This document shows positions 1-14,346 of a stretch of 64,000 bases of DNA, in pieces. The notes below the pieces were generated by a model. That model worked only from the letters and a program-made list of their open reading frames with translations, did not search any database and was not told where the DNA came from. Position 1 is the stretch's first letter. Every line of letters starts with the position of its first letter. The DNA comes from Tubiluchus corallicola (taxonomy: Eukaryota > Animalia > Priapulida), in assembly GCA_030141605.1 (NCBI GenBank), contig JAQGDQ010001072.1, positions 969-64,968 on the forward strand, in the 5' to 3' direction. The translations under genes were made by a program, and so were the position numbers.

Positions 1-17
1 AATTCAGTTTATCATCT

Positions 18-357
<340 letters not shown>

Positions 358-600
358 CTTCAGGAAGGTACATGCAGTATGTCAGTCGGCATCTTGACTT
401 GTAATAAAACATTAAATATTTGACACAGTTTTCAAATTACTAGTACACTTCACTGCGGGTAACGGCGGAGCCTCAAGCCCTTAACAGTTTTTAGGTGGGA
501 CTGGCGAAATACACAAAGCAAGGGGCGGCTCCTAGCTAAAATTACTGGGGGTGCTGCTTCAGAAAATTACATTCAGAAACGTTACATGACCTCCAAACAG

Positions 601-1043
601 TAGGGGTGAGCATCGAACGTTCGAGTTCGAACATTCGAATCGAATTCGAACGCTCGAATTCGATTCGAACGAGTTTTTTTAGTTCGAACTCGATTCGAAT
701 CCAAAACTATAGATTCGAATAAGTCAGCTCTTCAATCACATATGTTCTTTATCATTAAAACGATTGAAACATCATGCTGTTAGCATAATTTCGCTGTGAT
801 TTCTGCGCACAACTTTAAGCAAATTACTAGTGGTTTTATTGCAGAACAAAATCTAGTGTGATATGCTTGATCTTTGTAAGACTAATTTTTACTGGTGGTT
901 CGAAAACTAGTTCGAAAATCGTTCAATCTCAATTCGAATTCGGTTCGAATTCGAAACACTAAAGTTCGGTTCGATTCGAATTCGAAAGTCACAAATTCGG
1001 TTCGATTCGAATTCGCTTTCTGGTAGAGAATACTCACCCCCTA
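601..1043 (+). mobile_element. hAT-type MITE (TTCGAA-rich family), copy 1
   Basis: TIRs TAGGGGTGAGCAT / ATACTCACCCCCTA; perfect 8-bp TSD CCAAACAG at 593-600 and 1044-1051. Confidence 0.9.
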
Positions 1044-1613
1044 CCAAACAGCAAACATGGGACGGACAACAACGCATTTTTTACTTCACAATCGCAAAAA
1101 CAACTTTTCCGTTGTTACCATTCAGAATTAAAGCTACGAATATACTTCTTGTTGTTGCGTGTCCCTTGCTGAGATATTTGAATATTTCCGGAAAGCACAA
1201 GACATCAATTTTTGAGCTTTTGTACGGTAGAGGGCACCACAAACAATTTTCTATTTGGGCCCAGCACTTCTAAGCACCGGCCATGTTTACGCGTCATGAA
1301 AATTCGTCTAATTTCGGCAGATAGAATGGCGTTGTTGAGTAAAAAATAGGCTGTTGCACGCTGACCCTAACGATTTGCATGTACAAATTACACGTTATAG
1401 AGTCATAATAAAATATAGAGTCATAACACAATTAAGCTGTTATGTATCACAGGAAATAATGCACAGTTGTCATTCCACTTGAGATGTGTTAAATTATATG
1501 AGAATAACTCAAAATTCATTATTTAGCGTTATAATATTGCTTCCCGGTGACCTAGGATTTTAAAATGCAGCCACTAGTGTTTTAGTACTGTTTTATTATT
1601 ATTAATATTATTA

Positions 1614-1614
1614 A

Positions 1615-1707
<93 letters not shown>

Positions 1708-1769
1708 TGGTAGTGGTAGTGGTAGCGGTAGCGGTAGCGGTAGCGGTAGCGGTAGCGGTAGCGGTAGTG

Positions 1770-1814
<45 letters not shown>
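1614..1814. repeat. (TAG)n microsatellite with (GTGGTA)/(GCGGTA) core
   Basis: Directly visible. Confidence 0.95.
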
Positions 1815-1944
1815 CTGCTTCTCAAATGTTTGGTAAAAAAGGAAATATATCCATTATACTATATAGTATGCCTACATGTATAGTGTCCATGTTTTTTGTT
1901 ACTTAGTATGGACAAGAATCATTATCAGAATTATGCCTGCAATT

Positions 1945-3090
1945 GTTCTAGAAGCCACGTTGTTCTCTCTGATACAAGTCAAGTTATTGTAGGTTATAAC
2001 TTGTAAAAGTCATGTTGTTCTTTGTTATAAATTTACAAGACACATTATTCCCTGTTATAGCTTCTACAAACAATGTCATTCTCTGTTGCGACTTCTACAG
2101 ACTACAGATCACGTTATTTCCTGTTATAGCTTCCAAAAGTCATGTTATTCTTTGTTATAACTGCCACAAGCCACGTTATTCTCTCTTATAACTTCTACAA
2201 GTCATTTTAGTTCCTGTTATAACTTAACCATTTTTATTCTCTGCTGCAACTTCTACAGGTCGCGTTATTCTCTGTTAGAACTTCTGCAAAGTATGTTGTT
2301 CCCTGTTATAACTTTTATAACTTCTACAAGGCATGCTATTTTCTGTTAAAACTTCTACGAGCCATGTTACTCTCTGTTGTAACTTCTACAAGACAAGTTA
2401 TTCTCTGTGGCAACTTCTACAGACTGCAGGTCACGTTATTCTCTGGTATAACTTCTACGGATCGCGTTTGTTCACTATTACAACTTCTGCAAGCCACGTT
2501 ATTCCCTATTATAACTTTTATAAATCACTTTATTCTTTTATTCTTTATTATAAGTTCTACAGGTCAGTTATTCTCTTTATAACTTCTACAGGTAACGTTT
2601 GTTCCCTATTCTAACTTGTACAGTACAACTCACGATTGTTTCCTATTATAACTTCTACAAGTCACGTTATTCTCTATTATAACTTCTGCGGGTCACGTTA
2701 TTCTCTATTATGACTTCTACGGGTCGCGTTGTTCTCTGTTGTGATTTCTACAAGTCACGTTGTTCTCTGTTACAATTTCTACAAGTCACGTTATTCTCTG
2801 TTATGACTTCTACAAGTCACGTTATTCACTATTATGACTTCTACAAGTCACGTTATTCACTATTAAGATTTCAACAAGTCACGTTATTCAATATTATGAC
2901 TTCTACAAGTCACGTTATTCACTATTATGATTTCAACAAGTCACGTTATTCTCTGTTATAACTTCTACAAGTCACGGTATTCTCTGTTGTAACTTCAACA
3001 AGTCACGTTATTCTCTGTTGTAACTTCAACAAGTCACGTTATTCTCTGTTGTAACTTCTACAAGTCACGTTATTCTCTGTTGTAACTTCT
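1945..3090. repeat. ~31-bp minisatellite (ACTTCTACAAGTCACGTTATTCTCTGTTGTA)
   Basis: Roughly 35 units, degenerate at the left and near-identical at the right. Confidence 0.9.
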
Positions 3091-4194
3091 AATTAATAGG
3101 TAATCACAGTATATAATTAAATATCGTAATTCTAGTAACTAACTGTAACTAAGCTACAACAATTGTGTGAATTAATACTATAATTAATAAAATGTTACTA
3201 AAACAGCATTACAAAATTTCAATAACGCCAGTAATTGAATTAGAAACATTTCTTACCGAACTGATTGGTTTTTGCATTTCTTTGTCTTCGGCAACAGTGG
3301 AGATAAAACTGTGATGATGTTACATGCGTCACAACTCTTAAATGTAACACATTCAGCGCATGTCGCAGTCCGTAACCCTCTGCTTACGTCTGGGTGACCG
3401 TGACCGGTTCACGCGCCCCCAACTTCAGGCTTTTAAATTAAGCAAAATCGCTTCAAGCGGTCGTCTAGAGGCGGCGAATCGCGTCAGTGAATGTAGACCT
3501 ACGATTGCACCTCTAACAACTTGATCTGAAATTCGTTCATAACACACAAATTATTTTATAACCAATAAAAATTGTCTTTATTGCGATATCACCCATGCAA
3601 AAAAGTGTTGGGTTAAAGTGCGGGTTAAATGGTTCCGTTCCTAGTAGCTTCCGATTCCGTAGTTATTACTTGTAGTTGTAGTGCGTTACTGCCACCCCCC
3701 CCCCCCCACAGTGTCACTTGTCACCAGCTCTAAAGACTGCGCATGAGTGAACTTATAAAGAAGTGTGCGACACACATTAGTTCTTAAATAATGTTATGGG
3801 CCAGTGAATTGTGAACTGAATATAGGCCAGTAACCCTGGGAAAATATTATTTTAATGATTTTTGCATATAAACATTGCAGTATATATTATACATGATTCA
3901 TAAAAGACCCTTTTTAGCATTAAATTTTTTTGCGTTTTTCTCCGGTACATTAGAAAGTCTTGCATAAAAAGTTAAAATAATAAGCATTCATACATGCACT
4001 AACACTCGGACCTTGTCAGTTTCCCGTGATTCAGGTGCCTAGAGGTCTAAATATTGTTTTCAACGCGCGACATCTGAGTCAAAGGTCAACTAATTTCGGC
4101 TCAACCTGCGCCTCGCAATTCACTTCAATCAGCGTTTCATTTGGTGGGTCACCTGCTACTGGAAATCAGAACTTGTCACATTTTGACCCTCAAC

Positions 4195-5354
<1,160 letters not shown>

Positions 5355-6276
5355 GTTAAATTTTGTACAGATGAGCTAACCTAAGATTGCAATTGTGTAA
5401 AATCTGCGAAATAAATTATATAGAATTACAAGCCACTGTTACTCGTCATCAAAAAATTTCCCTCCCCGAAGCCACTGTATAGATTTCTGGTCCGTCCCAC
5501 CCTTGGCCTTAATTCTTTGATTTACTAGAACTGGACCCTCTGCCGAACTCTCTGACCTTGGTCTGTGTACAGAGTAACAAACTTTTTAAAAACTTTTTTT
5601 GAAAGATAATTTTAATGCACGTGTAAATATCTTTGACTGTTTTTGCCTATATCCATAATATTTTAACTTATTTGCAAAACTTATATCTGTGCTGCATATA
5701 CTTTTTATCTTGCTTTCATTGTTTAAACTTCTTGTAAATATTTTTAATATTTTTTTATAAAAGTTAAGTATGAAATAAATAAATAACTGCGTATCAAAAA
5801 CTACAGAATCTGCGTAAGAAACACGTTAGAGGAAATGCTGACAAAGAAAAAAATCAAGACTCTCCCGCTGATTGAAGTCGTCAATTGAGGAACGTGGTTA
5901 CAGTTCAGATAAGTCAAGTACCCCTTTTATGCGCATCGTCTGTCAGACTGTTATGCAGACCTATAATTGCAAAAACCTAAATACGCCTGCGGTGAAGATT
6001 AAAACTAAAATAGACCCAGGCCAAATTGAAATTATGTATGATAGTAACGGTTAACTCTCTTAACTCCTGACGCTACCACGCAGGGAGATCGCAATGCTCT
6101 TGATCAAGATGTTAAATCCACATCAAAAATTATAGAAATTGGACAGCAATCTATGGCATATTTGTATGAAACTGGGTCGCAAAGAGAGAGCAAGTTTTGA
6201 TCAAATTGTTAAATCGGTCTCAAAAATTACAGGAATTGAACAGCAGTTTATGGCATATTTGTATAAAACTAGGGTC

Positions 6277-6900
6277 AATCAATCAATCAATTTATTTCAT
6301 TCCAGCAATACATATACAATACATTAACATACAATAATATTGAAACAAAAAGAAACAGCATAGGTTAAAAAAAGTTGATGAAGTCAAATTAACCAAATAA
6401 AAGAGTTGCTGTATGACAGCTTGAAAGCTTGGCTTGTTAAGGTGGCACAAATGAGTGAATGAAAGAATGGTTAGGGTGAGTAGACATGATGGAATGGAAA
6501 AATAGTAAGATTAGGGATAGGAAAAAGGAAGAGAGGCGAAGATGAGCGAATGAAAGAATGGTTAGGGTTAATAGACATGATGGAATGGAAAAAATAGTAA
6601 GATTAGGGATAGGAAGAAGGGAGAGAGGAGAGGATGAGCGAATGAAAGAATGGTTAGGGTTAGTAGACATGATGGAATGGAAAAATAGCAAGATTAAGGA
6701 TAGGAAGAAGGAAGAGAGGAGAGGATGAGTGACTGAAAGAATGGTTAGGGTTAGTAGACATGATGGAAAAGAAAAAAAATAGTAAATAGGGTTTAACTGC
6801 AAGCTAGAAGCCCAGGAGTTAAGTGGTTCTTTCATAGCAATGACTTGTGAACATTCATGTACAGAAAAACTATAATGGGAAAACCAATGTAGGCTTTAAG
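6277..6900 (-). mobile_element. retroelement 3' fragment with (ATTG)n tail and internal ~90-bp tandem repeat
   Basis: (CAAT)n at 6276-6292; ~90-bp purine-rich unit repeated ~3.5 times at 6455-6790; flanked by AACT(A)GGGTC on both sides (possible TSD). Confidence 0.5.
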
Positions 6901-6924
6901 AACTGGGTCGCAAAGAGAGAACAA

Positions 6925-7243
6925 GTTATCATGAAAGATGAATTCCATCCAGGTAATAAATATTTTGAAATGCTGCCCTCTGGTCGTAGATTCCACTCCA
7001 TTAACGCTAAAACCACAAGAACTTTAAATTCTTTCCACCCCGTTGCAATTCACACCATCAAGAGTAAATTTCAGTAAATCTCCAATATTAATTCTTTATG
7101 TCACTGTACAACTGATTGAATTATTTGTGTTAGTCTCCTTGTTGTTTCCATAAGTTATTGCAGTACGTAAAACCACATAAATTTCATTGCATGTGTTATG
7201 CTATGATGACAAAGAATTGCTTACTTACTTACTGACTTACTTA
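6925..7243 (+). mobile_element. 5'-truncated LINE 3' end (Rex1/Babar-like)
   Basis: Translation HPGNKYFEMLPSGRRFHSINAKTTRTLNSFHPVAI matches the typical C-terminal motif LPSGRR..R..SF.P.AI; (ACTT)n tail at 7221-7243. Confidence 0.65.
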
Positions 7244-7528
7244 AGCCCCTTGGCGCTCGTGTAATTGTGACTCAAGACACGTGCCACTTCAACCAGGTAA
7301 CCCAGAAAATCTGTGAAATTAATAACTTTACGTGACAGGTCAAACGAAACATGGATTTAACAAACAATCACTTTCATTTATTGCAGTCACTGCGCTTATT
7401 ATACATCGTTTAGTTCTGCTGGAAAAACTACCTAAAGATTAACCTACTTATAGTGAATCAGAGCGTTGGTAAAGAGTTAAATCACTGGTTTGAAATTTAT
7501 TAAATTTAACTTAAATTGTCGCATCAGT

Positions 7529-7567
7529 ATGAAAAAGTTGAATATTGTTTTAGTAATAGTGCTTCTG
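7529..7567 (+). CDS. secreted protein coding exon 1 (signal peptide N/H region)
   Basis: ATG at 7529, MKKLNIVLVIVLL, strong donor CTG|GTGAGT. Confidence 0.7.
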
Positions 7568-10500
7568 GTGAGTATTATATGTTATTACTTTTTTTATTTA
7601 AGTTCATTTATTTCCACTCTACATCTAACAGTTATAATAAAAAAAACAGATAATTTCACTGAAGGAAATATAAATATAAATGCAATATTATCCAGAAATT
7701 ACAAAAGAGATTCATATGCAGCATATACACGGGCAAATTACATTACAGAGTAATTTTGATGCATACAGTTTGAGCCTAAAAGCATAGCTTCACAGGCCAA
7801 ACTGTACGTGGAAATCTTGAAGAAATGATTAATAATCTAAAGTACCAGTGTAACATTTACCGTTCAAAAACGTCAGTTACACGATATCTGTTTGCTTCTT
7901 ATATAAACTAGTCTTGATAACCACCTACTGTTCCTGTGTGACACAACAGTCTGTGTTCTTTTTGAGTAGAATCCAGAGTGCTTTGTCATCTCATGAGCTG
8001 AATCCCCTCACAAGCCTGTCTTTCTATCATTGGCTATTCGTGCCCATTATTTGAAACTACTACATATAATAATCCTAATTACTAAATAATTGTATTGTTT
8101 TGTTTAGATTTAGGTATCTAACTTTATTATTTTTTCTTTTCAGTTCTTTTTGGATAATTTGTATCATTTATACTGTTATTATTATTATTTTTTATCTGTT
8201 TTTGTTATCTGCAGCATCACCGTAAAATTTTTAATATACGAATCTATTTATAAGAAAGGGCAGGAGACTAGATGACCCCACGGTCGTTCCTTGCCCTGCT
8301 CCATGATTATAATTACTTAATATTTAGCAAACTTTTCCTGTTAAACTAATTGGAGAAAATAAATGTTCTATGTCTATTATCTTTTTGAACATTCGTTTAT
8401 CCATCACTTCTAACCTTGCTTTGCACATCTTTTGTTAAACTGCCTAAAACCCCCAGTTTTTTTGTTCTTTTTTTCTCAATTATTATCTGCAGCACGTAGC
8501 AAGTGTTATTTCTACTTCTTGCCATTTATTATATGTATGCTGTCATATCAAAATATAATCATTATTAACATCTATTTTTCTCAGTGTTCTAGATATTGTA
8601 CTTGCATTTCCAAATGAATTTATTATTATCTTATTATGTTACGTATTGGTCTACACTGCAGCCTTTTTAATACAACGATTGTCACGGCGCATGCGTAGGT
8701 ATCTAGTAGAGGTGAGCATTTGTGCTGACGCAATCAGAATAATCACGTGACAGGAGACGAGTGTAAAAGGGGGGACAATGGTTGTTTAGATTACTTATAA
8801 AGTTTTTCGTTAGCGTCTTTGTTTGTGAAATTGTCTTAGAAGTTTTTGTTTCACACTGCAGGTTGTGTAATACTATTAAAAATGCCAACTCGCTGTCCAT
8901 ATTTCAAAAAAATTATAAATTAAACTTACTTGAAACATATAACTGATCACTCAATCAGGATTCGTTGTTTTTCATTCTTAAAAACTTCCCCTCTAGTATA
9001 ATAATACTTTTATTACTTCCCACCCGTATTTATATCTGTACATATTATAATATTGCATCTGTATACATTGTATTTTTTTCGTAACTAATTCTAGTGGAAT
9101 ACCATAAGCTAGCTTCTTAGGTCTCTAGCGCAGAATTCATGAATTTTATCATAATTTTGTATTAACAAAAACTGATTATCGATGCACATGTAATGTATAT
9201 GTTTATTGCGAAATAAATCTATAAAAATATAATCTAATCTAAATACAGAAGATATCAATTAACAAATTTTTGTGGCAAGTTTCGACTGTTTACGATTTTC
9301 GACATTTACAAGTAAATTATTGATAATTCGCTCTGAAGCTTGTGCGAAGTGACAGGGCATCGGAACAGCATTTTCTTTTAAAAAACGAATTCGGATCAAA
9401 TCGAATTTTTGACTTTCGAACTCGAATCAAGCCGAATTTTAAGGTTTCGCATGCCAAATTTCGAATTCACTTCTAAACATTTTCAGATAAATTTTCGAAT
9501 CGTAAATATAAACTGCTTTCACAAGGATATCGTGCATGTGTACACATATACTAAAACTAGGCAAGTTTTTAAATATAAATATAAATGCAATATTATCCAG
9601 AAATTACAAAAGAGATTCATATGCAGCATATACACGGGCAAATTACATTACAGAGTAATTTTGATGCATACAGTTTGAGCCTAAAAGCATAGCTTCACAG
9701 GCCAAACTGTACGTGGAAATCTTGAAGAAATGATCAATAATCTAAAGTACCAGTGTAACATTTACCGTTTAAAAACGTCAGTTACACGATATCTGTTTGC
9801 TTCTTATATAAGCTAGTCTTGATAACCACCTACTGTTCCTGTGTGACACAACAGTCTGTGTTCTTTTTTAGTAGAATCCAGAGTGCTTTGTCACCTCATG
9901 AGCTGAATCCCCTCACAAGCCTGTCTTTCTATCATTGGCTATTCGTGCCCATTATTTGAAACTACTACATATAATAATCCTAATTACTAAATAATTGTAT
10001 TGTTTTGTTTAGATTTAGGTATCTAACTTTATTATTTTTTCTTTTCAGTTCTTTTTGGATAATTTGTATCATTTATACTGTTATTATTATTATTTTTTAT
10101 CTGTTTTTGTTATCTGCAGCATCACCGTAAAATTTTTAATATACGAATCTATTTATAAGAAAGGGCAGGAGACTAGATGACCCCACGGTCGTTCCTTGCC
10201 CTGCTCCATGATTATAATTACTTAATATTTAGCAAACTTTTCCTGTTAAACTAATTGGAGAAAATAAATGTTCTATGTCTATTATCTTTTTGAACATTCG
10301 TTTATCCATCACTTCTAACCTTGCTTTGAACATCTTTTGTTAAACTGCCTAAAACCCCCAGTTTTTTTGTTCTTTTTTTCTCAATTATTATCTGCACGCA
10401 TTTACAATGGTGTAAGCACGTAGCAAGTTTTATTTCTACTTCTTGCCATTTATTATATGTATGCTGTCATATCAAAATATAATCATTATTAACATCTATT

Positions 10501-13500
10501 TTTCTCAGTGTTCTAGATATTGTACTTGCATTTCCAAATGAATTTATTATTATCTTATTATGTTACGTATTGGTCTACACTGCAGCCTTTTTAATACAAC
10601 GATTGTCACGGCGCATGCGTAGGTATCTAGTAGAGGTGAGCATTTGTGCTGACGCAATCAGAATAATCACGTGACAGGAGACGAGTGTAAAAGGGGGGAC
10701 AATGGTTGTTTAGATTACTTATAAAGTTTTTCGTTAGCGTCTTTGTTTGTGAAATTGTCTTAGAAGTTTTTGTTTCACACTGCAGGTTGTGTAATACTAT
10801 TAAAAATGCCAACTCAATCAGGATTCGTTGTTTTTCATTCTTAAAAACTTCCCCTCTAGTATAATAATACTTTTATTACTTCCCACCCGTATTTATATCT
10901 GTACATATTATAATACTGTATCTGTATACATTGTAATTTTTTCGTAACTAATTCTAGTGGAATACCATAAGCTAGCTTCTTAGGTCTCTAGCGCAGAGTT
11001 CATGAATTTTATCATAATTTTGTATTAACAAAAACTGATTATCGATGCACATGTAATGTATATGTTTATTGCGAAATAAATCTATAACAATATAATCTAA
11101 TCTAAATACAGAAGATATCAATTAACAAATTTTTGTGGCAAGTTTCGACTGTTTACGATTTTCGACATTTCCAAGTAAATTATTGATAATTCGCTCTGAA
11201 GCTTGTGCGAAGTGACAGGGCATCGGAACAGCATTTTCTTTTAAAAAACGAATTCGAATCAAATCGAATTTTTTACTTTCGAACTCGAATCAAGCCGAAT
11301 TTTAAGGTTTCGCATGCCAAATCGTATTCGAATTCACTTCTAAACATTTTCAGATAAATTTTCGAATCGTAAATATAAACTGCTTTCACAAGGATATCGT
11401 GCATGTGTACACATATACTAAAACTAGGCAAGTTTTTAAATAAAAATTCACATTTTAAATTTAAATTAAATGTGTTCACGTACGAGTTGCCGAACGTGTG
11501 CTGTTCGTCACAAACTAGCACATCTGAACTGAGCGGTACAGCACCTGTTTTTTGTGCCCAGCATTTCCGAAACGCAGGAAGTAGTGTCCGCCTAACTAGC
11601 GAATGGCGAAATGCACGTAACAGTGAAGAACTAGTGGCACGAACCTGAAATTGTGTTTGTGTGGTCATAACTCTTTCACGTAAGTCATTTTTGAAAAAGC
11701 AGCAGATTGATTTGACGTACAGTTTAAGGAGGGGTCCGGTTTTGCTTTAACTTTTTCCCTTTGTCACTGAGCCCAAATTATCTCATTTTTAGGCCAGTTC
11801 TCAAAATGTGTCTTAGGACCAAAAGACCCTTAATCCAGCACTGGATAACTATACTTAATCCAGCACTGGATAACTATACTATTATACAGGTATTAGCTGA
11901 CCAAGCTTGGAGCAAGGGGAACAAAGGACGAAAAAGAGGAAGACCTAAGACTTTTGGAATGAGCTCGATGTATGCGCCATCTAGTGGGATTTTTCCAGCA
12001 CAGAGACTGCCGCAAAGTACCAATTTAATGACAGGACATGATAACGGTGATGGTTACGGTCAAGCATTTAATCTAGGTAAATCAGATCCTTGTGTTATAT
12101 TACTCACCATAGGCGATGTCTGCAACAACAGTGTTATCATTATCATCGCTATTAGCATTCTAGGCACAAAAATTTCATTTTCATTATATCATGCCCTACT
12201 TTACAATGTGAACCTGCCTTAACGTCCAATATTCTTGGCAAAGACATAATGTATTAATCCACCTCGTTAGAACGCCATACTCGCTCAACGCTCACTCTTT
12301 TACAGTACCAATTGCCAAAGTAGATGGTACATTCAAACCTCTTTTAATTATTATTAAAATTAATAGCTCTTCTGCTTGGAAGAGGTTGCAAATCATTTAA
12401 ATACAGGATAGGTATAACTGATTCAGATCTGTGTGTTTGTGGTTTAGGCAGTCAAACCCCAGAACGTTTAATTTTTCATTGTCTGTTACCATTTGTTAGA
12501 CAAGATATAAGAGTGAATCTCGAACGCAGCTTAGAAAATAATGACATTCGAAACATTTACAGAAAGTGAGAGACTAATGTAATTAAATTGCGTATAGATA
12601 TTGTAAAAGAACTAATCCAAAATGATCTTATAGTAAATTGATTATACATTGATTATAAATATTGGATATATATTTAGAATAAGTAAATCGTAATGTAAAA
12701 TTGTCAACTTGTTTAGTAAGAAATTTTTTAATGTACATAGTGTAAAAACTTAAACTTATTTAACATTTTTGTACCTTTGTGCCCTGCAAATAGAGGGCTT
12801 CTTGTATAATTTTCAATAAAGATTTTTAATAATTATAATAAAAGCTATTTATAACGCCCCCCTGGTTATAATACCAACCTCGCTTAGTACCCAAATTTTT
12901 GGCAAGAGAAAATATCTATATTTTCATAAACATGTATAAATAAAGCACAAGAGCCATTTGATTCTTAATTTTGTAGTTAATTAAGTTGCTGTGTTGTTAT
13001 TTGTTGTTAATATTAATTTTTATTTGTTTGAACTCCGCGCCAAATTTAGCAATGTTGTTGACGGACTGTATAATTTTTATTATTTTCAATTAAATACGAC
13101 TGCTATGTATTAATGCAGCTCATTACAATGTCAAATTTGCCACAACCCCAACGTTTTTTTTGCAGTCCCAAAACAGGCGGTATTGTTTTCTTTCTCTCGG
13201 AAGGCTCGTAGAGAAAAGCAGAAAACACGTCGTCAAATTAAACTAGTTTATCATGCGATGAATTCTAACCAAAAACGTATTTTTAATCTTATTGACAAGA
13301 TACAGTAAGTTTAAATGGCTGCGTCTAAAGGTCATCTAACGGAAGTTTAAATATTCATGTTTTAAACAGCGTTACTGCTGACGCAAGTCTAATATGCAAA
13401 AAGGCAGCATGTAAGTGATATAAAATTCAAGACGAATTTTTAAGCTTTATCTAGGTGGAGGGCTTTCTTGTGCCTTAAAGTTAAAATAAGTTTCATGTTG

Positions 13501-14346
13501 TTGTATTTTGTTTCTCTTGGAAGGCTCGTAGAGAAAACCAGAAAACACTTCGTCAAATTAAACTAGTTGATTATGCGAGAATTCTACAACACAAAAGTGT
13601 GAAGGAACACGAAATATTTACAGTAAATGTGAAAATCTGGAAACGTGAAAACGAGAAAGCGTATCTGAGAATCTGAGAATAAACTCCAGTGGTCAGCTCC
13701 GCCTTATATATCAGTGCAAATGACAAAAACCAGAACAATCTAGAAACTACTACGCGCATCGCGTATAGAAAGTTCTCGAATCTTCTACAAGGTAAGAAGA
13801 TTGTTCTACTATACTGTAGAATATTCCAGATCTCCACAACAGGTATAAAAATGTTTGGCTGGTAGATAATGGTTAAAATCTATCAAAATGTTTAATGTGT
13901 TGTGATCAAATTTCCTAGGCAGGAGGGGTCTGCCGGATACCAGTCATTACTACGACAACGGTGACGCATCCTACACAAACAGCGAGGGAGGCTACGGCTT
14001 AGGAAGCAATGGACCACCCACCATAAGCGGTGGGTACGGCTTAGGAAGCAATGGACCACCCACCATAAGCGGTGAACTGCGGTCGTTCTTGACCGAGAAC
14101 ATGGGCTACAGTATCGGCAACCTGGGAGTCGATGTCAGCAAACCGCCAAAGCCCAAAACTGGGATACCGAGAGGACTTAATGGACCGAAAATAAATGAGC
14201 AGGGGATACCTGACGGGTCGTCGGCACCAGATGGATTTGGATTAGGGTACAACGGCCCGCCGTTGGGCTTTACTGCTAGACCTCAACCATTGCCTGCACC
14301 AAACGTGCCAAAGAAAAATCGACGAAGAAACAGGAAGAGGTATTAA
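7529..14346 (+). CDS. uncharacterised secreted Gly/Pro/Asn-rich repeat protein, 217 aa; join(7529..7567,11890..12076,13919..14346)
   Basis: Exon 1 MKKLNIVLVIVLL|GTGAGT (phase 0); exon 2 CAG|VLADQAWSKG...AFNL-G|GTAAAT (phase 1); exon 3 TTTCCTAG|GC RRGLPDT...RKRY-TAA. Phases fit, 654 nt, no internal stops; exons 2 and 3 are GC-richer than their flanks; the signal peptide spans exons 1 and 2. Confidence 0.78.
7665..11440. repeat. ~1.9-kb direct tandem duplication (about 7665-9570 and 9571-11440)
   Basis: Near-identical copies both begin AAATATAAATATAAATGCAATATTATCCAG; they differ by a few SNPs and indels. Confidence 0.95.
11890..12076 (+). CDS. secreted protein coding exon 2
   Basis: Acceptor TATACAG; VLADQAWSKGNKGRKRGRPKTFG...HDNGDGYGQAFNL; donor TAG|GTAAAT. 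Confidence 0.78.
13919..14346 (+). CDS. secreted protein coding exon 3 (terminal)
   Basis: Acceptor TTTCCTAG; open frame with GYGLGSNGPPTISG twice, GFGLGYNGPP and C-terminal KKNRRRNRKRY; AATAAA near 14434. Confidence 0.8.

Noticed and set aside
6437-6835. 132-aa minus-strand repetitive ORF
   Set aside because: Translation of a ~90-bp tandem repeat inside a retroelement fragment.
13690-13791. Possible extra frame-preserving exon of the secreted-protein gene (strong donor AAG|GTAAGA at 13792) or a TATA-led alternative start
   Set aside because: Candidate acceptors lack a pyrimidine tract and the nearby ATG closes after 7 codons; it cannot be supported without RNA data.
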